A stretch of 64,000 nucleotides of DNA. Origin: an uncultured Candidatus Saccharibacteria bacterium (GTDB lineage: Bacteria > Patescibacteriota > Doudnabacteria > UBA920). Below, piece by piece: positions 49,216 to 57,790 of this stretch. Both the position numbers and the translations under genes were made by a program. Where the stretch lies: assembly GCA_964512925.1 (NCBI GenBank), contig CAZEKH010000001.1, positions 136,226 through 200,225 on the forward strand, given 5' to 3'. Below the pieces are notes generated by a model. That model worked only from the letters and a program-made list of their open reading frames with translations. It ran no database searches and was not told where the DNA came from. Within the stretch, counting starts at the first letter, position 1, and each line of letters starts with the position of its first letter.

Positions 49216-50451
49216 TTGATATCTATGAATGAGCTGAAAATAAAAATTGAACAAGAGATTGTTAAAGCTTCCGGGATTTCTATCATCGGGCTTTTAAACG
49301 ACCTGGTGGAATACGCGGAAAGCCTCCGCGCTTCGGACATCCATATTGACCCGTACGAAAAAGATGTGCTGGTTCGTTTTCGCGTGGACGGGGTCTTGCA
49401 GGAGATATTCCGCTTGCCGAAAAATATCCATAGCGAAACAATCAGCCGCATCAAGATTTTGTGCGGCCTGAGGACTGACGAACATCAGGCGGCGCAGGAC
49501 GGACGCTTTCGGATGTTTTTTGATGTTGAAAAGAAAAAATTCATTGACGTCCGCGTGTCCGTGGTCCCAACTTACTTTGGCGAAAACGCGGTGATGCGTC
49601 TTTTGACTGACAAGGCCGAAGGTTTGTCTTTGGACGACTTGTATTTTTCCAAAGAAAACCAGAAAAAAATCCTTAAAGCCGCGCATAAGCCTTATGGGAT
49701 GATCTTAACTACCGGCCCTACGGGTTCGGGCAAAACCACCACGCTTTACGCGCTTATCAAGCTTTTACAGGGGCCAGAAATTTCTATCGTAACTATAGAA
49801 GACCCGATTGAGTACGCGATGCTGGGCATAGAGCAGATCCAGGTCAACTCCAGAACCAACTTAACTTTTGCCCAGGGACTTCGCGCCATCCTCAGGCAGG
49901 ACCCAAACATCATAATGGTTGGCGAAATCCGCGACTCAGAAACTGCCGGGATAGCGGTTAATACGGCGCTTACTGGACATTTGCTTTTGTCCACTCTTCA
50001 TACCAATGACCCGGCTACCACTCTGCCCAGGCTTTTGGATATGGGAATAGAGAGCTATCTGGTTGCCTCCACTGTTAACTTGGTTATCGGTCAGAGATTG
50101 GTTAGAAAAATTTGCGAGAGCTGCAGAGTAGTAAAAAAATTCACCCCTGCTGAAACCAAAAGTTTGTCCGAACATATCCCTTTAAAAATCTTAAAAAAAT
50201 TTAAACACTTCTATCAAGGTACCGGCTGCGATGAATGTAACAACACCGGGTATAAAGGCAGGGTGGCGCTGCACGAGGTGTTGGAAGTTGATGATCATAT
50301 CCGCGAGTTGATTTTGAAAAAAGCTTCCGCAACGGAGATCCGCCATCAGGCTTTTGAAAAAGGCACGGTGGCTATGGGAATGGATGGTCTTTTAAAAGCC
50401 GGGCAAGGCCTGACCACGGTGGAAGAGATACTCAGGATAAGCCATGAGTAG
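49216..50451 (+). CDS. pilB: type IV pilus assembly ATPase, GspE/PilB family (short form)
   Basis: Walker A GPTGSGKTTT, Asp and His boxes, C-terminal tetracysteine CESC...CDEC. Confidence 0.8.
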   Translation: MISMNELKIKIEQEIVKASGISIIGLLNDLVEYAESLRASDIHIDPYEKDVLVRFRVDGVLQEIFRLPKNIHSETISRIKILCGLRTDEHQAAQDGRFRMFFDVEKKKFIDVRVSVVPTYFGENAVMRLLTDKAEGLSLDDLYFSKENQKKILKAAHKPYGMILTTGPTGSGKTTTLYALIKLLQGPEISIVTIEDPIEYAMLGIEQIQVNSRTNLTFAQGLRAILRQDPNIIMVGEIRDSETAGIAVNTALTGHLLLSTLHTNDPATTLPRLLDMGIESYLVASTVNLVIGQRLVRKICESCRVVKKFTPAETKSLSEHIPLKILKKFKHFYQGTGCDECNNTGYKGRVALHEVLEVDDHIRELILKKASATEIRHQAFEKGTVAMGMDGLLKAGQGLTTVEEILRISHE

Positions 50452-50517
50452 AATTATTCTAATTAACCTAATTTCTAATTATTCTAAAATATTATTTTAT
50501 CCCCATAAGCAAAATTT

Positions 50518-50895
50518 TAATTTGCTGTCATCCCGGCCTTGAGCCGGGATCCAGGGTTATATGCAAAACGAATGTTATGTATACATCCTTGCAAACAAAA
50601 GAAACGGAACACTGTATGTGGGAGTGACCAATGACTTAATAAGAAGAGTTTATGAACATAAAAATGATTTAACAGAAGGCTTTACTAAAAAGTACCAGAT
50701 ACACACTTTAGTCTATTTTGAAAATACAGGAAATATAGAAAGCGCAATAAAAAGAGAAAAACAGTTAAAAAGATGGCAAAGACAATGGAAAATATCCCTT
50801 ATTGAAAAACAAAATCCGCAGTGGAATGAGTTATACTCTAACTTGACTTAACCCTGGATCCCGGATATCCGCCTAAGGCGGATTCCGGGATGACA
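50518..50895 (+). mobile_element. GIY-YIG gene bounded by inverted hairpin repeats
   Basis: Left TGTCATCCCGGCCTTGAGCCGGGATCCAGGGTT (50521-50553). Right AACCCTGGATCCCGGATATCCGCCTAAGGCGGATTCCGGGATGACA (50840-50887). Both are members of the same element family, in opposite orientation. Confidence 0.4.
50561..50851 (+). CDS. small stand-alone GIY-YIG nuclease (UPF0213-like) inserted between pilB and pilC
   Basis: CYVYILANKRNGTLYVGVTNDLIRRVYEHKN. Confidence 0.7.
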   Translation: MQNECYVYILANKRNGTLYVGVTNDLIRRVYEHKNDLTEGFTKKYQIHTLVYFENTGNIESAIKREKQLKRWQRQWKISLIEKQNPQWNELYSNLT

Positions 50896-51023
50896 AAATC
50901 TATTTAGCTAAAGCCCTATATTTGATTGGAGTTTATAACCACTTATTTAGAATAATTAGGTTAATTACCTACCCGAATGCCAAGTAAAGCGTGGTAGGCG
51001 GGGAAATTAGAATAATTTAACCC

Positions 51024-52142
51024 ATGTTTAATTTAAAAATTCAAAAAAACACACCTGAACTAGTTACTTCTCCGTCGTTTTTTACCCGCCTTGTTGAAGG
51101 TTCCATCTCCCGCTCGGAGCAGGTGCAGTTTGCAAAGAGGCTGGCTTTTTTGATGCGCGCGGGAGTGCCGATTTTAGAGAGCCTGCAGATTTTGGCCGGG
51201 CAGTCTAAGACTAAAGGCGGCAAAAAAATGTTAGAGAATTTGGTGTCAGAAGTTTCCAACGGGCATTTTTTGTCTACCGCAATGGCTAAGTTTTCTTCCG
51301 TGTTTGGTGACTTTGCGGTCAACATTGTCAAAGTCGGGGAACAGGCTGGCATCTTGCCTGAGAATTTAAACTATTTGGCGGAGGAGCTGAAAAAAAAGCA
51401 GGCGCTGAGAAAAAAAGTGATGGGCGCTTTGTTTTACCCGATATTTATAGTGGTGGCCACGCTTTTGTTGGTGGGACTTTTAACTGTCGTGGTGTTTCCT
51501 AAAGTTTTACCCATCTTTACCAGTATCAATGTGCCTTTGCCTGTTAGCACAAAAATTCTAATGTCAGTCAGCCGGTTTCTCATAGCTTATGGATTTTGGG
51601 TGTTGATTTTGATATTGATTTTTCCCTTCGCTCTTTTGTTTTTATCCCGCTTGCCTAAAGTCAAAGCCTGGCTGGATAAAGTTTTGCTGAAAATTCCGTT
51701 AGCCGGTAGCATTGCCCAGAACTATTATTTGGCTAACTTTTGCCGGACTATGGGACTGCTACTCAAAGGCGAGTCGCGCCTTGACGAAGCTTTGCAGACT
51801 TCCGCGCGTACCACGCAAAATATGGTTTACAGAAAGCAGCTGGAAAACCTGGCGCAGACTGTAGCGAAAGGCAGTAGGATGTCCGAGTATATGCTGAAAA
51901 ACAAAAAATATTTTCCGGATATGGTGTCTCATATGTTGGCCGTGGGGGAAACCGCGGGCAACCTAAGCGAGAGTTTTATGTATCTGGCGGATATGTACGA
52001 AACCGAGGTAGATGACCAGACAAAAAATTTATCTACTCTCATTGAGCCGGTTTTGATGGTGTTTATGGGCCTGTTGGTCGGTTTTGTTGCGATTTCCATC
52101 ATCACCCCAATTTATTCGGTTACCCAGAAATTACATCCATAA
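51024..52142 (+). CDS. pilC: type IV pilus inner-membrane platform protein PilC (GspF family)
   Basis: Two T2SSF repeats and three TM segments. Confidence 0.85.
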   Translation: MFNLKIQKNTPELVTSPSFFTRLVEGSISRSEQVQFAKRLAFLMRAGVPILESLQILAGQSKTKGGKKMLENLVSEVSNGHFLSTAMAKFSSVFGDFAVNIVKVGEQAGILPENLNYLAEELKKKQALRKKVMGALFYPIFIVVATLLLVGLLTVVVFPKVLPIFTSINVPLPVSTKILMSVSRFLIAYGFWVLILILIFPFALLFLSRLPKVKAWLDKVLLKIPLAGSIAQNYYLANFCRTMGLLLKGESRLDEALQTSARTTQNMVYRKQLENLAQTVAKGSRMSEYMLKNKKYFPDMVSHMLAVGETAGNLSESFMYLADMYETEVDDQTKNLSTLIEPVLMVFMGLLVGFVAISIITPIYSVTQKLHP

Positions 52143-52265
52143 TGCCCCTCTCCGAGCACGGAGACCTGCCCGCCGTGGGCGTTCGGGCGGGGGGTTAGGG
52201 TGAGGTAACAGTGTTTGAATATTAAATAAGCTTAAATTTTATTACCATCGCTTAAACCTCACCCC
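52142..52265. repeat. composite repeat including a 75-bp MITE-like element (GGTGAGGTAACAG...TTAAACCTCACC)
   Basis: Near-identical copy at 52870-52990. Related copies at 48610-48683 and 58930-59005. Confidence 0.7.
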
Positions 52266-52311
52266 AGCCCTCTCCCATATAGGAGAGGGAGTAAAAACAT
52301 TTCTGACAATT

Positions 52312-52797
52312 ATGATCAATTCTGCGCAATCTAAAAACGGGTTTACCCAACACCATTTTTTTTTAGAAAAAAATAGTGCTGGGTTTACCCTCATAGAAGT
52401 TTTGGTTTCAATGGGTATACTGGCAATGCTGGGGACTTTGGGACTGGTGTTTGGGTTGGATTTTTATCGGGCGTATGCTTTTAACTCGGAAAGGGATTTG
52501 GCGGTGGGGATTTTACAAAAAGCGCGCAGTCGCAGTTTGGCTAACATTAACCAAACAACTCACGGAGTTTGTATTATAGGTTCTAAATATATTTTGTTTG
52601 AGGGTGCTTTAAATTGCGATCCGAACAATTCAGCCAATGAAGTTTATGATGCAAACCCAGGCGTTTCAAATTCGGGACTACAAATTGTTTTTCAGCAGCT
52701 TTCCGGTAGGCCGAATTCTGTTGGTTCTGTAACATTAACTTCGGGCGTGAGATCTTCGGTTATTAACATTAACGCTGAGGGGATGGTGGAGTGGTAA
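52312..52797 (+). CDS. pseudopilin / minor pilin (prepilin-type N-terminal cleavage/methylation domain)
   Basis: KNSAGFTLIEVLVSMGILAMLG class III signal. Confidence 0.7.
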   Translation: MINSAQSKNGFTQHHFFLEKNSAGFTLIEVLVSMGILAMLGTLGLVFGLDFYRAYAFNSERDLAVGILQKARSRSLANINQTTHGVCIIGSKYILFEGALNCDPNNSANEVYDANPGVSNSGLQIVFQQLSGRPNSVGSVTLTSGVRSSVININAEGMVEW

Positions 52798-53056
52798 AAT
52801 AATTTAAGATTAAAGATTAAAGATTGAAGATTTAAACAATACGTTTTTATTTTATATGTATGAGTTTTTTCAAATCCCCCTCTCCACTCTCGGAGAGGGT
52901 TAGGGTGAGGTAACAGTGTTTGAATATTAAATAAGCTTAAGTTTTATTACCATCGCTTAAACCTCACCCCTTCCCTCTCCCATATGGGAGAGGGAGTGAA
53001 AAATCAAAAAAAATAGGGTTGAGATAATGTAAAAAAAATGCTAAACTAAGGCGCAA

Positions 53057-54526
53057 ATGAAAATATCAGGAAAAAAAATAAATACCCAGGCAGGCGGCAG
53101 CACGGTTGAGCTAATGGTGGCTTTGTTCGTGTTTGTCGTGTGTTTAGCCGGCATCATTGCCGTGGTTTTTGGCAACCAGTTTTTGTCCGTGGATACGGAG
53201 ATGAACGGAACTGCCATAGCCAAAGCCCAGGAGCTTTTGGATGAAAAGCGTAACGACGCAAGAACGAACTTTAACGGCGTGGTAGCCGGGGTTTCTACTG
53301 ACGGACAATTTACTAAGACAGTGGCAGTCAACAATCTTAACCAATGCCAAAAGGAAGTAACAAGTGAAGTTTCCTGGAACGACGGCACACGCTTACAAAA
53401 AGTTTCTTTAACTACTTTGATCAGCAACACTGACGAGCTCGTGGCGGTCAGCGGAGTTTGCTCAAACCAAAATGGTTTTTCTGGCCTTACTTGCCCCAGT
53501 ACATCGTCTTATTCGGATTGGAATTTTACTTTGCCTGGCGGCGGGACAGTTAAGTCTATGTTTGTGACTAGTAGAATTGTAAGTCTGGCGGTAGACCCTT
53601 CCGGCACGGCAATAACAGATTTTGACTATCTTAGGTTTACAGTTTCTTCTGGTTTAGTATTTAACAATGGAACATTTACAAGAACTCCTTCCGGCGTACG
53701 CACTTCGTCCGGCGGTTTAAACGGCGTAACATATGACAACTCAAAAACTTATGCGTATGGCGCTGGCAAGTGGAGTGGCGCAGGACAAGTGCAGATCATC
53801 AATGCCGACGCAACAAGACCAGGGGGAATGTATGCCATAGCCTTTGTCCTCGATAGTAACACTCAGGACGCTTTAAGCATATTTTTTAGGGACAATAAAA
53901 TTTACATAGGGACAAAAAATAACCCCTCAGGTCCTGAGCTTTATATCATCGACGTTACGAGCCCGGAGTCAGCTCAGATTTTAGCTACCAAAGAGATTGG
54001 CGCGGATGTAAAAAAGATTGTTGTTAGGGGGAGTTTGGCTTACTTAGCAACTTCGGACCCAAGCGCGGAAGCGCGGGTTTATGATATTGGGCAAGTCAAA
54101 AGTATTGCTTTGCCAGGCGTGATCAATTTTGTTGGAAATTTCAATGCCAGTTTGCTTTCCGGTGCCAACAGTTTGGCGGTTTTGGGCGCTACTGTGTTTT
54201 TGGGCGGCAGTGGCGCAAATAATTTTTATGAAATAAATACTTTAAACGCTTCTTCAATGTCTGAGATTACGCATCAACCGATAGGCGGGAGCATAAACGA
54301 CCTTTCCGCCAGCGGCAACCTGGCATATCTCGCCACTGACGGCGCCAATGTTTCAGGCAAGGAGCTTGAACTGTTAAATTACGCGGATATAAGTAGTCCT
54401 CAAACCTGTGCCATTGGTTCGGAAGACTTGCCAGCCTCGGCTTCGGCCGTGGTGTTAGATGGGGGATGGGTGTATGTGGGAATGAATGCTTCAAACAAAC
54501 CGTTGAGGATATATAAGTTTCAGTAG
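53057..54526 (+). CDS. pilin-like protein fused to an LVIVD-repeat beta-propeller domain (candidate pilus-tip adhesin)
   Basis: N-terminus AGGSTVELMVALFVFVV (G-x4-E prepilin-like). C-terminal half has repeated LYIIDVTSPES / ARVYDIGQV / LAYLATxD motifs resembling LVIVD repeats. Confidence 0.55.
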   Translation: MKISGKKINTQAGGSTVELMVALFVFVVCLAGIIAVVFGNQFLSVDTEMNGTAIAKAQELLDEKRNDARTNFNGVVAGVSTDGQFTKTVAVNNLNQCQKEVTSEVSWNDGTRLQKVSLTTLISNTDELVAVSGVCSNQNGFSGLTCPSTSSYSDWNFTLPGGGTVKSMFVTSRIVSLAVDPSGTAITDFDYLRFTVSSGLVFNNGTFTRTPSGVRTSSGGLNGVTYDNSKTYAYGAGKWSGAGQVQIINADATRPGGMYAIAFVLDSNTQDALSIFFRDNKIYIGTKNNPSGPELYIIDVTSPESAQILATKEIGADVKKIVVRGSLAYLATSDPSAEARVYDIGQVKSIALPGVINFVGNFNASLLSGANSLAVLGATVFLGGSGANNFYEINTLNASSMSEITHQPIGGSINDLSASGNLAYLATDGANVSGKELELLNYADISSPQTCAIGSEDLPASASAVVLDGGWVYVGMNASNKPLRIYKFQ

Positions 54527-54585
54527 ATTACATTTTAGATTCCCTCTCCAAGTGTTGGAGAGGGCTAGGGAGAGGTTGAATTATA

Positions 54586-55083
54586 ATGAGTTATAAATTA
54601 CAAAACCAAAATTTAACTCCCCCTAACCCCTCTTTGAAAAAGAGGGGTGAAGAAGCTGGGTTTACCCTGCTCGAGACTTTGCTTTATATCGCCCTCCTGT
54701 CTTTTTTTCTCGCGAGTTTGGTGGGTATCACTTATCAGTCTTTGGATTCAGCCGGGCAGATTGGCCGAAAAATTGCCATTCAGCAGGAAGCTAACTTTAT
54801 ACTTAGAAAAATGGACTGGGCTATAACCGGTGCTTCGGACATCACCGGAACTGCGGATCATTTAACAATCACAAGGACTGTTTCGCCTACTTCAGTTGAA
54901 TTTATCTCAGATACTCTAAACAAAGGTATGGACATCAAAGCCGAGCTTGGCCAGATGAAGTTAAACAGCAGTAACGTCAAAGTGGAAAATGTAAATTTTG
55001 TCATATCCGGCAGTCCGAAAAAAGTCGTAGCCAGTTTTGATATTAACGGAGAAAATTTTAGTTTGACTAGGTATTTGAGGTAA
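54586..55083 (+). CDS. pseudopilin / minor pilin
   Basis: EAGFTLLETLLYIALLSFFLASL. Confidence 0.7.
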   Translation: MSYKLQNQNLTPPNPSLKKRGEEAGFTLLETLLYIALLSFFLASLVGITYQSLDSAGQIGRKIAIQQEANFILRKMDWAITGASDITGTADHLTITRTVSPTSVEFISDTLNKGMDIKAELGQMKLNSSNVKVENVNFVISGSPKKVVASFDINGENFSLTRYLR

Positions 55084-55096
55084 CCGTTAGAGACTT

Positions 55097-55795
55097 ATGG
55101 AATATACTTATATTTTAAAAAGTAAAAAAGACGGTAAAATGTATACAGGTCTGACCAGTGATCTACGGAAGCGTTTTAAGGAGCATAATGAAGGTTTGGT
55201 TCCTTCTACAAAGAATAGAGGGCCATTTAAGATAATTTATTATGAAGCTTGTGTAAATAGACAAGATGCCGCAAGTAGAGAGATTTTTTTAAAAACTGGT
55301 ATGGGAAAGAGATATATAAAAAATCGTTTAAAACGCTTCCTGTCTCTAACGGCTCAAAGAGATAGTGCTAGCACCGTTATAAACAGCTTGCCAAAGTCAA
55401 GCGAAGTTTTTAACGGTGGATATATCGCTTTAACTTCCGTCATCATCGTTTCTTTATTGCTCCTGACTGTCATCACCGCTTTAAGCTCTGTTAACTATTT
55501 TTCCCGTTACAACATATTGGAAAACGAATATAAGGACAGAAGTTTTGCTTTGGCTGAAGGCTGTGTGGATTATGCTATAGGAAGACTGGCGGGAAATAGT
55601 AATTACATCGGTAATGAAACAGTAAACATCGGAGTCGGAACTTGTCAGGTGGCGTCAGTTTCTTCCGGGGCTTTTCCTAAAACTATCAGCACTGTCGGAA
55701 TTTTTCCACCCACGGCTGCAAAAAAAAGTTATACCAAACTTCAGGCAGTTGTAAGTTCAAGTTTCGCCATCAGTTCTTTTATAGAAAATCCATAA
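55097..55795 (+). CDS. GIY-YIG nuclease domain fused in frame to a pilin-like hydrophobic C-terminal half (possible insertion-generated fusion)
   Basis: First ~90 aa are GIY-YIG (YTYILKSKKDGKMYTGLTSDLRKRFKEHN). The remainder has GGYIALTSVIIVSLLLLTVITAL and an internal TTG that could start a separate minor-pilin ORF. Confidence 0.5.
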   Translation: MEYTYILKSKKDGKMYTGLTSDLRKRFKEHNEGLVPSTKNRGPFKIIYYEACVNRQDAASREIFLKTGMGKRYIKNRLKRFLSLTAQRDSASTVINSLPKSSEVFNGGYIALTSVIIVSLLLLTVITALSSVNYFSRYNILENEYKDRSFALAEGCVDYAIGRLAGNSNYIGNETVNIGVGTCQVASVSSGAFPKTISTVGIFPPTAAKKSYTKLQAVVSSSFAISSFIENP

Positions 55796-56112
55796 ATATG
55801 CTTGTCATTCCCTTGGCAAAGGGAATCTTGTACCCTCTCCCTCTCCGAGAGACGGGGATCTGCCCGCCTTGGGCGTTCGGGTGGGGGTAGGGGTGAGGTT
55901 ACGGATTTGATAAAATTAAAGATATTTAAATATGTAATATTAACCCCTGGATCCCGGATATCCCGCGAAGCGGGATTCCGGGATGACAGCAAAAATTTTT
56001 TGGAAAGATTGAATTTTGAACATTGAATCAAGATATTTCTAAAAAACCAACCGCCTTTACAAAAGGCGGATATAAAATTATAATTAAGCCATAAATATTA
56101 AATCATTAAAAT

Positions 56113-56625
56113 ATGAAAAAGTTTCTTAAAAAATCCCAAGGATTTACATTGATTGAAATCCTGGTAGTCATCGGTATCATCGCGGTGTTGGCAACCATTG
56201 TCATCATCGCCATTAACCCCGCCCGCCAGTTTGCCCAGTCAAGGAACACTCAGAGGACGGCCAATGTCCAGGCAATTTTAAATGCGGTAGGGCAGAGGAT
56301 TGCGGATAACAAAGGTGTGTTTGCCGGCACAGTAGGAGCCCAAACTTGTCCAAATTTAACCACCTCCGGAGCAAATGCCTTAACTGCTGGCACTGCTTAT
56401 AAAATAAAGGCTCCTGCAGTACTGGCAAGTAATGAGATTGATTTATCGTGTCTGGTTACAACTTATATTCCTTCTTTTCCTTATGATCCAAGCGATGCAG
56501 CTGCAGCGTGGACAAGCACAGCCGCTTATAATACCGGGTATACAATAGCAATTGATGCGAGCGGAAGAGCTACGGTAGCCGCGCCTACTGCTGAATTAGG
56601 AACGACTATTTCAATCACCCGCTAA
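56113..56625 (+). CDS. pilA: type IV major pilin
   Basis: MKKFLKKSQG|FTLIEILVVIGIIAVLATIVI canonical prepilin leader and N-terminal helix. Confidence 0.8.
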   Translation: MKKFLKKSQGFTLIEILVVIGIIAVLATIVIIAINPARQFAQSRNTQRTANVQAILNAVGQRIADNKGVFAGTVGAQTCPNLTTSGANALTAGTAYKIKAPAVLASNEIDLSCLVTTYIPSFPYDPSDAAAAWTSTAAYNTGYTIAIDASGRATVAAPTAELGTTISITR

Positions 56626-56638
56626 AATTTTATTTTAT

Positions 56639-56676
56639 ATCCAGCCTCGATGTTTACGGGGCTGGATTTTTTGTTT
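56639..56676 (+). terminator. Rho-independent terminator of pilA
   Basis: ATCCAGCCTCG-atgtttac-GGGGCTGGAT followed by TTTTTTG. Confidence 0.8.
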
Positions 56677-56702
56677 CAAAAATGGTATAATAGATATGCA
56701 AA

Positions 56703-56996
56703 TTGATAAACTTTATTATGCAAAAAACTTTACCTGCATTTTTAAAACCTGTTGTTTGGTGGGCTAAGTTTGATGATTTGGATATTGAAAAAGACAAGGG
56801 AACTATTATTGCGCACATATTAAATACCGGAGATACAAAGGCCACAGACTGGATGAAATCTGTATATAAAGAACAAGATATTAAACAGGTTTTACTTGAA
56901 AAAAGACCAGGTTTTTGGGATAAAAAATCTTTAAATTTTTGGTCATTGGTTTATGGAGTAATGCCGAATTTTAATCAGATGCGCCAGATAAAATAA
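56703..56996 (+). CDS. hypothetical protein, candidate antitoxin partner of the downstream AbiEii-like gene
   Basis: 97-aa ORF ending 2 nt before the next start. Assignment by position only. Confidence 0.35.
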   Translation: MINFIMQKTLPAFLKPVVWWAKFDDLDIEKDKGTIIAHILNTGDTKATDWMKSVYKEQDIKQVLLEKRPGFWDKKSLNFWSLVYGVMPNFNQMRQIK

Positions 56997-56998
56997 CT

Positions 56999-57619
56999 AT
57001 GCATTTAGAAATTTTAGACAAAGAAAAACAAGATTTGTTGCCCCATCTAGTGCTATTTTCTCAGCAATTTTATTTAGCTGGTGGTACGGCTTTAGCTTTA
57101 CAACTTGGCCACAGGAAAAGTGAGGATTTTGATTTTTTTTCACAAACTGAATTTAACGAAAACGAATGGAATATCAAAACTGAAAAAGAATTTTTAAATT
57201 TTGGTTTAAAAAAAGTTACTGCCACTTGGCAGACTTTGGGGTATCATATTGGCGGGCATACCAGTTTAAGTTTGATGTGCTATCCGTACCATTTGCTTGA
57301 GCCGTTCGTAGAAATAAAAGGTTTAAAACTCGCTTCGCTTTTAGACATTGGTTGTATGAAATTGTCAGCCATTGTGTCGCGTTCTACCAGTAGGGATTAT
57401 GTTGACCTGTATATGCTTTTAAATGGGCATTTTGAGTTAGGTTTTTTGCTTGAAAAATGTAAAAAAAAGTTTCCAACTTTGGATACTAACCTCATCATAA
57501 AATCTTTGACTTATTTTGAAGATATGGAAGATAAAAATTTGGATATACTGGATCCTAAAATACCCGATATGAAAAAAATTCAGGAATTTTTTGTGAAAGA
57601 AGTAAAAAAGCTTGTATAA
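56999..57619 (+). CDS. nucleotidyltransferase, AbiEii/AbiGii toxin family (DUF1814)
   Basis: FYLAGGTALALQLGHRKSEDFDFF N-terminal motif typical of AbiEii. Confidence 0.6.
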   Translation: MHLEILDKEKQDLLPHLVLFSQQFYLAGGTALALQLGHRKSEDFDFFSQTEFNENEWNIKTEKEFLNFGLKKVTATWQTLGYHIGGHTSLSLMCYPYHLLEPFVEIKGLKLASLLDIGCMKLSAIVSRSTSRDYVDLYMLLNGHFELGFLLEKCKKKFPTLDTNLIIKSLTYFEDMEDKNLDILDPKIPDMKKIQEFFVKEVKKLV

Positions 57620-57627
57620 AATATAAA

Positions 57628-57668
57628 AAAAAACACCTTTTCACTGTTGTGAAGAGGTGTTTTTTTGT
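57628..57668 (+). terminator. Rho-independent terminator
   Basis: CACCTTTTCAC-tgttgt-GAAGAGGTG followed by T7. Confidence 0.75.
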
Positions 57669-57790
57669 ATTGATTTTTTGTTGACATTTGCCGGAAAATG
57701 GAGTAAATTTGTATATTGCGCTAGCCTTTTTCAGCCCCAAGTGCACGGCGGCTGGGAATGGTAATCTAAGGCGCGATTTAGGAGGTTGCC

